Assembly: GCA_013239625.1 (NCBI GenBank)
Contig: MU054049.1
Location: forward strand, 631,015-693,014
Source of the DNA: Lama guanicoe
Lineage: Eukaryota
DNA: 62,000 bases
Direction of reading: 5' to 3'
Shown here piece after piece: positions 42,739-53,674 of the stretch. The position numbers and the translations under genes were made by a program. How positions within the stretch are numbered: the stretch's first letter is position 1; each line of letters opens with the position of its first letter. Below the pieces are notes generated by a model that was given only the letters and a program-made list of their open reading frames with translations, did not search any database and had not been told where the DNA came from.

Positions 42739-44368
42739 GTGCAGCTCATGAGCTGGTTTTGGCCAAAGACGGCCGGAAGCTGAGGCTTTGCCACTATTAA
42801 TGGCTAAGAGAAGACACACAGCCTCACTTTTCTGCTTTCATCATGTGAAACCCCTTTGGTCCTTTCTGCTCCTTTGACAGCCTGGCAGCGTTTTCTCTCT
42901 AGGTCAAAGTAGGCAGAGTTCCAGGACTGTGGTGAGGGAATGCAGGACCATAAGATACACTGGTGTTCCCACCTGTCTCCTCCTAGCCTGTTTCTCCTCT
43001 GAGTGGGGAGCAGGCAGCTGATGCCTATCCTACTGGGCTGTCGTGAGGAATCTGTCCCTTCCTGTTCTTTTCTTTCTCCTTGAATAGAGGGCAGTATTTC
43101 ACCTCCCGGGGAAGCTGTCACCCAGATGACGGCTATGATGGCTGCGAGCCAGGAGCAGGTGCAGGTGGTGCTCTCCACTGTTCCCACGCCCCCGCGCGCC
43201 CAGGAACTCTGACCACTGATGCTGCTGAGGGCCGTCGGCTGGCACCTGTCCTAGCAGATGGCCAGTCGTCAGCCTGCCTCCCCACCGCTGGGGCTTGCAT
43301 CCGCCTGGCCTGTGGGCTTGCTCCTTACAGTGAAGGGCCAGCACTTCCCGTGAGCACTGAGTGCCTGGATCTGCGGCACTGCTGTGCTGGAATACACCTG
43401 ACTCCAGGTGGGTGGGGGCTGGGTCTGAATGACTTCTCCAGACATGGTAGTCCACGACCAGGGCACTCTGGTGACCTCCACTCCCCACAGAAACCACTGC
43501 CGGGGGTGGTGGGAGGTGAGGGGTGAGGGCACTGTGAGCAGGGGCAAGTGACGGGACATGGGCACTAGCACTGCCTGTGCCCCGGAGGCCAGGCCCCTCT
43601 GCTCAGAGGTGGCTTCTTTGGTGCCCCTGAAGGCCCATCCTGAGGGGCTCTGGCCCAGGCCTGGGCTGTGTGTGGTGGTGGCCAGGGAAAGGCTTTCTTG
43701 AAGGGTCTGCCCCAGTGGAACCTCTAAACCTGAGGATGAAATGAAGGAAGAAGGTGAACAGGAGGGAAGGGAGAGGAACTAGCACCAGCTCGCGGGGTGT
43801 GTGCAAGGCAGGTGGGCACAGCCTGAGGCCGGGGTCCCTGGAGGACAGCAATCAGGCACTTCCCTTCACCTTGGCTCACTGCTCCTTTAGACACACGCCC
43901 CGTCACCCTGCACGTAAGGAGCAGGGGGTGCGGCACCCAGGCTGAGCTCTGTCTCAGGCTCTGACTCTGGAGCAGGGCTGGGGCCAAGCGAAGGAAAGCA
44001 GGTTATGGTGGAGGCCGAAGAGGAATGCTAGGACAGACCAGCTGCAGGTGGCTCAGAGCAGGCAGGGGGAGGTGGGGGGAGTTGGGGGGCGGGGAACCCT
44101 CAAGGAGTCAGCCTCCTGCTTGGAGCACAGATGGTGGAGCTGAGAGCACACACATGCACCTACCGCCAGCTTCAGTGGCCATGACAAGGCTGGGTGTTCC
44201 CTAAAGGAGCCTCACACCCCACTCCTGAAGACCCCCTGCCATTCCACCCATGGGACACCCTGAAGACTCCCAACCTTGTGAGAAACAGAGGAGGTCACTT
44301 GGTAACCCTCACTTTACGTGCCGGTAAAAAAGGAGTCAGGCATCCAGACATCATGCTTTCAGAGCAGA

Positions 44369-44374
44369 TTTAAT
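44369..44374 (-). terminator. ARHGAP22 poly(A) signal ATTAAA
   Basis: TTTAAT on + strand about 320 nt past the stop; the only AT-rich hexamer seen in a GC-rich UTR. Confidence 0.7.
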
Positions 44375-44694
44375 AAAGAATGCAAAAGGTTCCCAGGGGG
44401 CTACTCAGATCCCGGGTGCCGTCTGTTTCGGTGGCCACGGGACTGTCCCCTCTGATGCCTGCCACAGCCTGCGTGGTCAGAGCTGCATCCAGACCCCGTG
44501 CGGAGCTCGGGCTCCCGACGGTGCCCCCCAGCATCCCAGGGCTGGGGTGGTGTGTGTCAGGACTTCCCTCTCCAGCCGGCTCTGCATCTCTGGGCACCAC
44601 AGAGGCCCAGGTCCCAGCTGCAGAGGCTCTGGCTCCTCCTCCCTGCCGACGGGAGGGTGCGCCACGAGGCACGAAGCGAGTTCCCCCCATTCCT

Positions 44695-44923
44695 TTACTG
44701 TGGGGCTCTGGCACCTTTGGCCCCAGTGGTCAGGCTTCCCAGGGTTGAAAAAAACTCCTCCATTTCCTTCTGCAGCAGCTGGTTCCTCTTCTCCGCGTCC
44801 TCCCGCGCCCGCTCTGAGTTGCGCAGCTTTATTTCCAGCATCGTGTACTTCTTCTTCTCCTGGTCCAGCTCTTCTTCTAGCCGTGACATTCGTTTCCTCA
44901 GGTCGGCACTACCTTCTTCGAGT
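44695..44923 (-). CDS. ARHGAP22: ARHGAP22 last coding exon: [25 protein letters not shown]...GARAPQ*
   Basis: ttttaag| acceptor; 229 nt to TAA; coiled-coil heptads. Confidence 0.97.
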
Positions 44924-44974
44924 CTTAAAAATCAAGAAGAAAGTGATATGTGATATTTGTCTTTCCCTGAAACA

Positions 44975-45085
44975 ACCTATAATGAAAAATATGAAAGAAT
45001 ATATAATGTATATGTGTGACTGAGTCACTATGCTGTACACCAGACACTAACAACACTGTAGATCAACTACTGCAATTTAAAGGAA
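44975..45085 (+). mobile_element. Short L1 3' tail fragment
   Basis: ataatgaaaaatatgaaagaatat...gactgagtcactatgctgtacaccaga; similar to 5120-5230. Confidence 0.75.
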
Positions 45086-47379
45086 TCTCTGCCAACTTGA
45101 CAGACAAGTAAATAAATACCATGAGTAGATGCCAAAAAAAGAGAAAAACTGAGAAGACGTTTCAGACTTGGGCCCACAGGGTTGGCCAGGTGGGCTCCAC
45201 CGTCTGCAGACGCGGGATGGTCGGTCAGCCTGGCACGTGGGAGAGGACGGTGCGGGCTCAGACCCGCATCAGGCGAGGCTGCACGGACCACGTCTCCTCA
45301 CAAGACCCTGCGCTTCACCCCGAGCCAGTGGGGGCTCACCCCCAGAGACCCTCGCTCGGTTTCTGGCACTCGAGGCTGGGCCTCCCTGACTCTGCACGCA
45401 AATACAGGTGACCACTTGCCCTCCGGCCCAGCCAACTGTCCTGGTGAGGGATGGCCTGCCGGCTGGCAGAGAACAGGACTGGGCCCCGAACTGAGAGGGC
45501 AGCAGGAACCTGTCCCCGAGTTTGCTCTCCTGCGAGGCCCCTTGAGCTCCGGTGACTCACAGGAAACCCTGTTCGGGATGTCACTTTGTCTTCCACTTCC
45601 ACTCAGCCTCCACACCCCAGCCCAGAGGCCACACTGCCTGGGGAGCATCTCCTGATCCTCCCCAGCAGCTCACACACATCCCTGCTCCTTCCTGCTACCA
45701 CAGGGCTCTGCCACAGGCACCCATGGAGGTGGGCACCACACTGTGCAGACGTTGGCACAGCCATCTTTTCCACCAGACGACATGCTCTTGTCACGCCTGA
45801 GGGACATGCGGCGCCTGGACCCTGGGAACCGGGCTGACTGAGACATGTGACTGTGCATGGGACACAGACTGCTCTCAGCCCTGGTGCCCTCTCCTAAAAA
45901 AGCAGGGGACAACCTTCCCCCAGTGTAGCTACAATGGCCCAAGGAGACCACGTGTGCACCACGCACCACCCTGTACATGGTGTGTGTGTGGAGCAAATAC
46001 CGATTCCCCGCAGCACCTAGGCCCAGGCCTCCACCTTCAACCACCGAACGCAAAGCACGGAGAAGGGAGAGAGCCTCCCTTCAGCCCCACCCCCATCTGA
46101 GCACTGGGCCTGCTGTCAGAAAGAAGACCCCCCCGCCACTGCTTCTCCTCCAGTCCGGGCCCCTCCTTTGCCAGGTCCTCCCAACCCCGGTTGCTCTCAG
46201 GCACAGCCTGGGCCTCCCCTCCACGCCGCTCCTTGGGTGACCTTGTCCAGCCTCCAGACTCAGAAGCACCAGCTCCGTGCCGACAGCTCTCGATCTTTAT
46301 CTCCCTCGGTTCCACTCAGAAACTTAATAAGCATCTCCAACCTAACAGGCCCACCGCCTAGCTCCTGACCCTCCCTCCCCAAGTCACCCTCCCACTGCCC
46401 CAGGCTCCCCGCCCAGTGACCACCTTGCTCCAGTTGCGCAGCCAAAACAAAAACGTCCCTCAAGTCAGTCCTTCCTCCCCCTCCCCACATCCAATCAAAA
46501 CTGGAAAAACTCTTCCAAACATGTTCGGAATCTGGCTGCTTCTCCCACCTCAACTGCTGCCCCTTAGGTCCACGCCACCCGCAGGTCTGGCCTGCGTGGC
46601 CGGGGCCTCCTAACTGGACTTTGTCTGCCCTTGAGCCCCCCCGTCAGGCGCTCCTGAGCGCAGCAGCCAGGGTAACTCATCAAAATGATCAAAGTCCTCA
46701 CGGCCCTGCAGCAGCTTCGCATCTCACTGGGAATAAAATCAGGGCATCACTCCTGCCAAAAGGCCTCTCGGCCCCCCGTGCCCCCACTCTTCCCTCCACC
46801 TGCCCACACAGCCCCAGCCCCCCTCAGCTGCCGGCTTCTGCACCTGGCCTTCTGCCCACAGCACTGATGCCCCCTCCCAGCCGTGCCTCCCCACCCTCTC
46901 CCCCATGCTCCCCTTTGTCTGCCTCCTCTGCCTAAGCTTCTAACATATATATATTTTTAAATCTATCCTGTTTATGGTCTCTCTGTTCCCCCTCCCACTC
47001 CCACCAAATAAGAACAAGATTTTGATCAGTCTGGGTCATAGCTGTGTCCCCAGCATTGCAGACAAGCGACACAGTCAGGTGTCTGGGGAATGCAGGGAGC
47101 AGGGAGCAGGGGAGGGGCTCTGAGTCCCAGGAGGCAGGGCAGAAAGCTGGTCTCCCCGCCCCTCCCAGACCAGACTCCATCTGGGCAGACATGTCCCCCA
47201 AAGACCCACTGGAGGGGGCCCCAGTCCTACCTGTGCCCCTCTAGACCACCCCCCCCAGTCAGGATGACGGCCAGGCTACTCTGCCAGCGAGAGCCCCCCA
47301 AGGGCTGCCGCTGCTCTCCCTTTGTCTCTGAGAGCCTTGCCTGACCTCCGACCCACCAAGCAGGAGGTCACGCGAGTGT

Positions 47380-47600
47380 GCTGAACGTGCCGGGCTCTGT
47401 GCCGGGCACCCCCACCTACCACGTCACTTCCTCCTCACGACAAACCGATGAGGTCACTTGTGCCCAGGGGGCCTGCCCAGACACTCAGCCAATACACAAG
47501 GGGCAAGGACTCGAATCCAGAGCCCACCAGGCAACAACACTGCATTTCCCCTTGAGAACCCCAGCCTCTGAGACGGTGAAAGGCCTAGAGGCTCAAGCCA
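47380..47600 (-). mobile_element. Degenerate MIR
   Basis: gtgccgggctctgtgccgggcac...gtcacttgtgccc...ggactcgaatccag. Confidence 0.5.
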
Positions 47601-48479
47601 GCTCCACAAATGGCCGAGGGAACGAGAAGGTGGTCCTCACCCCACTCTGAGGCCATCCTCAGCCAGCCTCCGCCCAGGGCACCTCCAGGCTTTCCGCAGT
47701 TTAGTCTGAGCTCACCTTCAGCAGTCATCACCTCCCAGCGAGCCTGCGGGGAGCTTCCACCGCTACCTCTGCCTGGTCAGCTCCAACCCAGTGCTGACAG
47801 TGTGGGTTTTCTCCACAATTTTAAACCCTAGGGTTTTTCTCCTACTGTGTCCTTTCTCCTTTTCCCTCAACTCAGTCCTGTTGGTCCTTCAAGTCCTGGC
47901 TCAGACATCACCTGCTGTGACTCCCACCCCCGACCTCCCCCAGGGCAGGGGCCACTGCCCTTTCCTGCCGTCTTCCCGCCGTGGACACTTCACCTGCACA
48001 CGCCTGACACACCCCAGGTATCTAGGAGACGGCTACAGCAGAACAGGAGGGCCAAGTGCTGCCTTTCCAGCTCCCTGTGGAAATCCCAGGCTCAGAGTTA
48101 GAATCCCTTCCACCTCCACGGTGTGATGGGAAAAGGCAGCCCCCAGAACCTGCTGAAGCCCTCTGCTAGTGCTTGGGACGTGGGTTCATAGGCCAGGCTG
48201 ACGCCAGGCCTGGGGCGAGCGGAGCTAAGGGGTCTGAGATGCTGATGGGAGCACTGTCCAGTGTGGGCTCTGCTGGTGACGTTCACCGGGGAACTCAGCC
48301 TCTCAGAGCTGGAAAGTACCCTCCTCAGAGGGAGGCTGGGAGGATGGAACCAGGGCCCATCAGTGAGCAAGCCTTAGAGAGTGGCACGAGGTGCCCTCTG
48401 ACAGAGCAGGAGTGAGGGCTGGGCTCAGCACTGCCAGCTCCCTCCTAGGAGGAAACTGGATTCCGATCAGGAGTCTTCA

Positions 48480-49750
48480 CTCCACGCCAGGCCCAAGCAC
48501 GGTCGGCCAGCCAGCCCGGTCCGGGGCCTGCACTGCACGCGGGCCCTGCCCCACACACAGCGCCCGGGCTGCAACACGCCTTGGGGGCTGGCCTCCTCCC
48601 TACCTGAGGGCCATGCTGGGACCCCCACTCCGAGTCACTCTGAGCAGCTCAGGCTGATTCTGACTCACTCAGTGGTTCAGCAGGCCCTGAGGCGTTCTGA
48701 CTGCATGCCAGGGCCCCCAGCTCCCACGCTTCCCCAGGACAGGACCCCCACACCCCTCCCAGCCCTGTCCTGGGGGCATTCTCCCAGAAGGGCAGCTGGC
48801 GGCTCTGAGCCCTGCTCCAGAGGCTGACTGCCCGGGGCCGCTGCCCAGTGAGTGGCTGGCTGCGAGGGCTCTGCCCGGCCCAGGGAGGGCCGGCCTCGCA
48901 CCGCCCTGCAGCCGCGGCCCTTTACCTTTGCACACTCGCCTCGTACTCAGTCCTCTGCCGGCACAGCTGTGCCCTGAGCTCTGCGACCAGGCCCTGGAGA
49001 GCCTCGGAGCGGCGGGCGTGCTCCCGGGCCGGGCTGCCCGGCTCGCTGGGCTCGCTGCTGCTGATGCAGGGGCCCACCCCATCCAGGCCGCGCTCCGGGC
49101 CCAGGGGTCTGCACTCCTCACTGCTGCTGGGGGCGGGGGAGGGCTCCAGGGCCCCCTCGGCGTGCAGGGAGCTGCAGGCGGAGGAGTCGCTGGCCCGGCA
49201 GGCCGTGCAGCTGCTGACCGAGCCCCTGGCCGAGGCCTCGCAGGAGGAGGCCCCAGACCACGGCGTGCTGGCCCCGCTGGACGTGCTGGGGAAGAGGCTG
49301 GCTGGGGGCACGTTGTCGTAGGTGGAGAGTCTCTGCTCGGAGCCTGAGTCCTTGAGCCGGTCTCCCGAGGAGGCCCGGCGGTGGCCGCGCAGGGAGGACA
49401 GCCCGTTCATGAGCCAGTTCCCTCCGGAGGAGATGATGGGTACCTCCAGGGATGTGCTGCCCACCTTCGGGCTCCCGGATCGGGACCCCGACTGCCGGAA
49501 GGAGGACCTCCAGTTGGGCAGAGTCTGCACCTTCTTCCCAGGGCTGGTGGCAGCAGGGCCGCGTCGGCTCCCCAGGCCCGTGGGAGAGGTTCTGGAGAGC
49601 GCCGCCACGGCCGCCCCGTCCAGAGAAGAGGTCCTGTGCGAGGGCAGGCCGGGGGCGCCGGGGCTGCCGGGATCTGGCTGGCTGTCCCTGGTGACCTCCT
49701 CTGAGCCCCATCCCACGGTGCAAGGGGGGCCCCCGCGTGGGGAGGCTGGC
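48480..49750. other. CpG-rich, high-GC block over the large ARHGAP22 exon
   Basis: Dense CG dinucleotides by eye; observed/expected ratio not computed. Confidence 0.55.
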
Positions 49751-49829
49751 CCTTCTGTGGTCCTCGAGGTGAAGAGCTGGCTGTGTTTGCGGATCAGGAT
49801 GGTCATCAGGTGCTGGACCAGGGAAGTGC
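48926..49829 (-). CDS. ARHGAP22: ARHGAP22 large penultimate exon: Ser/Pro-rich linker (RTSSLD, RRASSG, STYDNV) and start of coiled coil
   Basis: tggcag| ... AG|gtaaag; 904 nt; matches ORF 48922..49806. Confidence 0.96.
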
Positions 49830-50356
49830 CTGCCAGGAAGAAGCAGGGAGAGAGGCCTGGCTGTGAATGTGAGGGCCTCCAGCCCGGGCTCTCCAGAACC
49901 TCTCCCAGGGGTCAGGGGAAGCTGCAGCTCGGACCCAGGGTGCCCAGCCCTGCTTGTAGCCCCAGACCAGGTTGCCCTTTAAGTGAGGACTCCATGAGAG
50001 CTTGCCATCTGCTGACCTGAAGGAAAGGACAGACACCACACCCTCCAAGTCCAGGCACGGACAGAAAGACCGTGCCCAAGATCCCCTTCCTCCGACGTGG
50101 GGCCAGGAGCACAGAGAGGCACTTCGCGCCCACCCCAACCAGCTGGTGTGGGGAGGAGAGGCAAGATGCCCGAGAGGGCTGTGGGGTAAGCCAGTGCAGG
50201 CTGGGGCTGGAAATCACGACCTGGATGGCAGAGCCCTCCCGGCTGCCCCATGTCACCGCCCTGGGCGGCCCACAATGGCTATGCCTGACTGTCCATACCC
50301 TGGAGGGCACGGGACACTGAAACAGGGAATAGAGATGTCCTACAGGTGCATGTGGG

Positions 50357-50562
50357 CACACACACACAACCCTACATACACACAACACACACACACACAA
50401 TCCCCCCCACAGTCATAACACACACACAATCTCCTACAGTCATACACACACACAATCCCTTACACAGCCACATACACACACAATTCCATGCACATACATA
50501 CAAATCCACACAGCCACCCCCTAACAGCCCCCCCACGCAAACAGTCACACACCCATACACAC
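50357..50562. repeat. Degenerate (CA)n-rich simple repeat
   Basis: Repeated acacacacaa(t/c)cc units. Confidence 0.9.
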
Positions 50563-51254
50563 AACCCCTCTTCTCCAGGCCACGGCCCCTGACGTGCAGC
50601 CTGTGGCATCTTTGGGGACTCAGTTCCTGAGGCGGTGCGGTGGGGGAGGGGTCAGCGACAAAGGGAGGCAGTGCAGAGGGTCCAGGGTATTGATCCACCT
50701 GCCTCCTCGCCTCCGCTCATCCTCAACCAAAGATCACAGCCTGGGTGGTGGGGGGCAGCTTCGACATGATGAGGAAGGTGAAATGCTTGGACGTAACTGA
50801 GAATCGTGGGGAAAATTAAGTAAAGAATCTTTAGTCCAGAAGAGCAAGTGAAGCAGGAACTCAGCAAAGTCAGCAGAGTGAGCGTTTGCCCTCAGGCATC
50901 CGTGCAACGTGGCAGGTGGGAGGGAGCTCTGGGGCCTGGGGCGGGTGCTGGGCATGAGTGCCACCTGAGGGCCACACCCTCAGCTGGGGGAGGGGAGCAG
51001 AGCAGCCCCAGAGCCACCCCACACCCTCCACAACCCCCGCCCAGGTCACACTCAGTGAGGAGTGGCACCGGGGCTGGGTCCTGCCTGAGCCCTGGCCAGC
51101 CTCCGCGCCCCTTAGCTGGGACTGGCTGTGGGTTTCCCGTCTGTGAGCGGCAAGACTCTCACAAACCCCATGGCGACCGTCTTCCGTGGGGTCTCCAAGC
51201 AGGGCTCTCATTTCCATGCCAGCCTGCACCTGTGCCCTTTGAAAACTCTGGCTG

Positions 51255-51400
51255 ACAAGTCACCTCGCCCCTCCCGGCCTGGCTCATCTGTAAAATGGGG
51301 GCAGTAACCACACCTCGGGCTGCTTGCAAGGTTCAAACAAGGTGATGGAAGTAAAGCCCTCGGTGGAGGCTCTGGCATATTGAAAGCAGCTGCTATGGCT
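51255..51400 (+). mobile_element. MIR SINE fragment
   Basis: caagtcacct...ctcatctgtaaaatgggg...gtaaagccct. Confidence 0.7.
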
Positions 51401-51810
51401 GCTAGTTTTTATCTTTTTATTCCTTTTCATTATTGAACAGAAGATCCCCAGGGTTTGCAAAGCTCTGACGTCCAGAATAAGCCTACGACAACTACTTACT
51501 TGAAATTACTTTAGTAAAGCAAAAACACCTGTGTGTATTCAAGGGCAAGGACGCCGACCTTTTCTATACCCTGCTGCCCCCCCCCCGCCATTCTAATTGT
51601 ACCCTATGACCCAGTGATTTGCCTTCTACAGCTGACCCCACGAGGGAGGAGGAGCCGGGAGAGGAACGAGGCGGTCCGGAGAGGCTCCTGTCAAGTCCCC
51701 AGGGATGGCGCCACCGGTCCTGCTGGCCTGGCATGAGGGTTCTGAGGACCTGCCCAGGACCAAGGTGAGCCCAGAGCACCGAGCACCACCAAGCCCACCC
51801 CGCCCGTTAC

Positions 51811-51932
51811 CTTCCATGATGGTCACCGGGTCTTCTATCTGTGGCCGAAGTATATTAGGTCCAAAAACGGTTGCCAGGTTCTGGACACTCATCTTGTTGA
51901 CATCTGAGTGGGACTGAACTTCATCCAGAAAC
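51811..51932 (-). CDS. ARHGAP22: ARHGAP22 exon: [40 protein letters not shown]
   Basis: ttgaag| ... G|gtaacg; 122 nt; RhoGAP NKM..NLA.VFGP motif. Confidence 0.97.
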
Positions 51933-52536
51933 CTTCAAAGTTAGGAAGAGACAGCTGGCAGAGAGGCAAGTCCTGATGCCAGATCTCCTGGGAGCTGCCG
52001 GGCCCCCACGCTCAGCTGCACCCACGTGTTTCCACAGCTGCCGGGCACAGCCAGCTGCTGCTGCCAGGCTTGGAAGGCCCAGAGCTTCCCCTGGCGTCTG
52101 AGCGGGCCATCAGAAGCAAAGGCCACTGGGACAAGGGCCCGTCGTTGGCATGGAGGGACACAACTCTCCCACTGCAGTGGGGACGGATGCCTAGGAAGAT
52201 CCAACCCCCTCCCCGAGACACGGGGCTGGCGGGAGACCACCCTGGAGGTCCTCTCCCAGCACCTGAGCCCAGGTTGTGGTCAGGAGGCAGACTCAGAGGA
52301 GGCAGAAGGAACAGGCTATGTCCCCTTCCTCCAGGAAAGATGCACTCAGGACTGTGACACTGCCTGCTCCCAAGGGGCCTGTGAGCCTCAGGAGTGTGGG
52401 GTGTGTCCTTTTATATTTCCTGTTGGCTTGACACTCAGGGAGAAGTGCGGGTGAGAGCAGAGCCAGGCCCCCCAACCCCCATGGAGGGCACGGAGCCGGA
52501 GCACGGCGGACGGGAGCCCCCACCCCGGTCACTTAC

Positions 52537-52610
52537 TTGCAGATGTATCTGAGCAGGTTGTAGTTGACCAGGGGAAGGCTGCTCACTTGTTTAGCCAATT
52601 CCAGAGTCCC
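52537..52610 (-). CDS. ARHGAP22: ARHGAP22 exon: [24 protein letters not shown](K)
   Basis: tctcaag| ... AA|gtaagt; 74 nt. Confidence 0.95.
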
Positions 52611-53541
52611 CTTGAGAAAAAGAGTATTTCAAAGACCAGCAGTGTGGCCCCAGCCCTTCTCTTACTGGAGGGAGGGGTGTGTGAGGGGGAGTTGGGAATC
52701 GGAGTCCAGGCCTCCATCCATCCTCAGCCCATGTGGCCGGGCCCCAGTTGACCAGGGGGTGCCGCCACTCCCGTCTCCCTTCGAGGAGCAGTCAGGCCAG
52801 GCTCTTGGGGGCCGAAGCAGATTTATTTTCCAGAAGCTGTTTTGAGGGATGTGCCTCTGCAGGGCCACAGAGGAATGCCGGGGCCAGCGCTCAGCTCACT
52901 TATCGAGGCACAAATATTTGCCAGATAAAGACCCCTCATCTCCCACACGGCCACAGGGAGGGCAAACAGTCCTTCCGCAGCTGGAGCAGACCCGGGCTGC
53001 AGGCGGGCGCTGCAGGGTGGGGGTGGGGGCCCTGTCCTGGGGGCAGTCTCAAATTCTTTTGGGAGGAGGCAGGATAGAAACAGATGAAAGGTCTGGTTGT
53101 TTCTGAACCCCACGGCCAGCCGTCCTGGGTAGCCTGGGTTGGGTGTGGGAGCAGGTGATGGAGCAGGAGTGCCTGCTGGGTGGTGGCCCAGGCTGGGTAC
53201 TCCGCATTCAGGGGCATGGCTGGAGCACGGCCTGCTTCAGGAGGTACCTGTCTCTCAGAGAGACAAGAGGCCTGCAAGCAGGGAGGGGACACTCCGGGCC
53301 AGAGTTCCCTCCCACACAGACGGATGGTGTAGCCCTCCCCGGACTAGAGGGGTCCAGGCCTGTCTCCGCCAAAGAGCAAGCCACTCCCAGGACTGCACCC
53401 TGCACCCCAGACACACACAGAGCAGGCTGCAGGCCAGGATCTGTGCCCGGAAACATCACGAAAAGTCCTGACTCCACATCTCCCTACTAACTGGCAGGCC
53501 CCCCTCAGCCCCCACAAGATGGGTCCCCATGAGCCACTAAC

Positions 53542-53674
53542 CTCCCCCTCGTCCTTGGTGAGCAGCTGGGCGCAGCTGAGGAAGTCCTCGTACCTGGCGA
53601 AGGGGACCACGGGCTCAGGGAGCTCCCGCAGGTAGAGCTTCAGCAGGGAGGCCACCGTGTGCACGTCTGTGGTG
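53542..53674 (-). CDS. ARHGAP22: ARHGAP22 exon: [44 protein letters not shown]
   Basis: ctgcag| ... GAG|gttagt; 133 nt; Rho[14 protein letters not shown] motif. Confidence 0.97.

Noticed and set aside
48848..50020. Long + strand ORFs (157, 139 and 232 aa) and a 201-aa alternative minus frame
   Set aside because: Shadow ORFs of the GC-rich ARHGAP22 exon; no recognisable protein.
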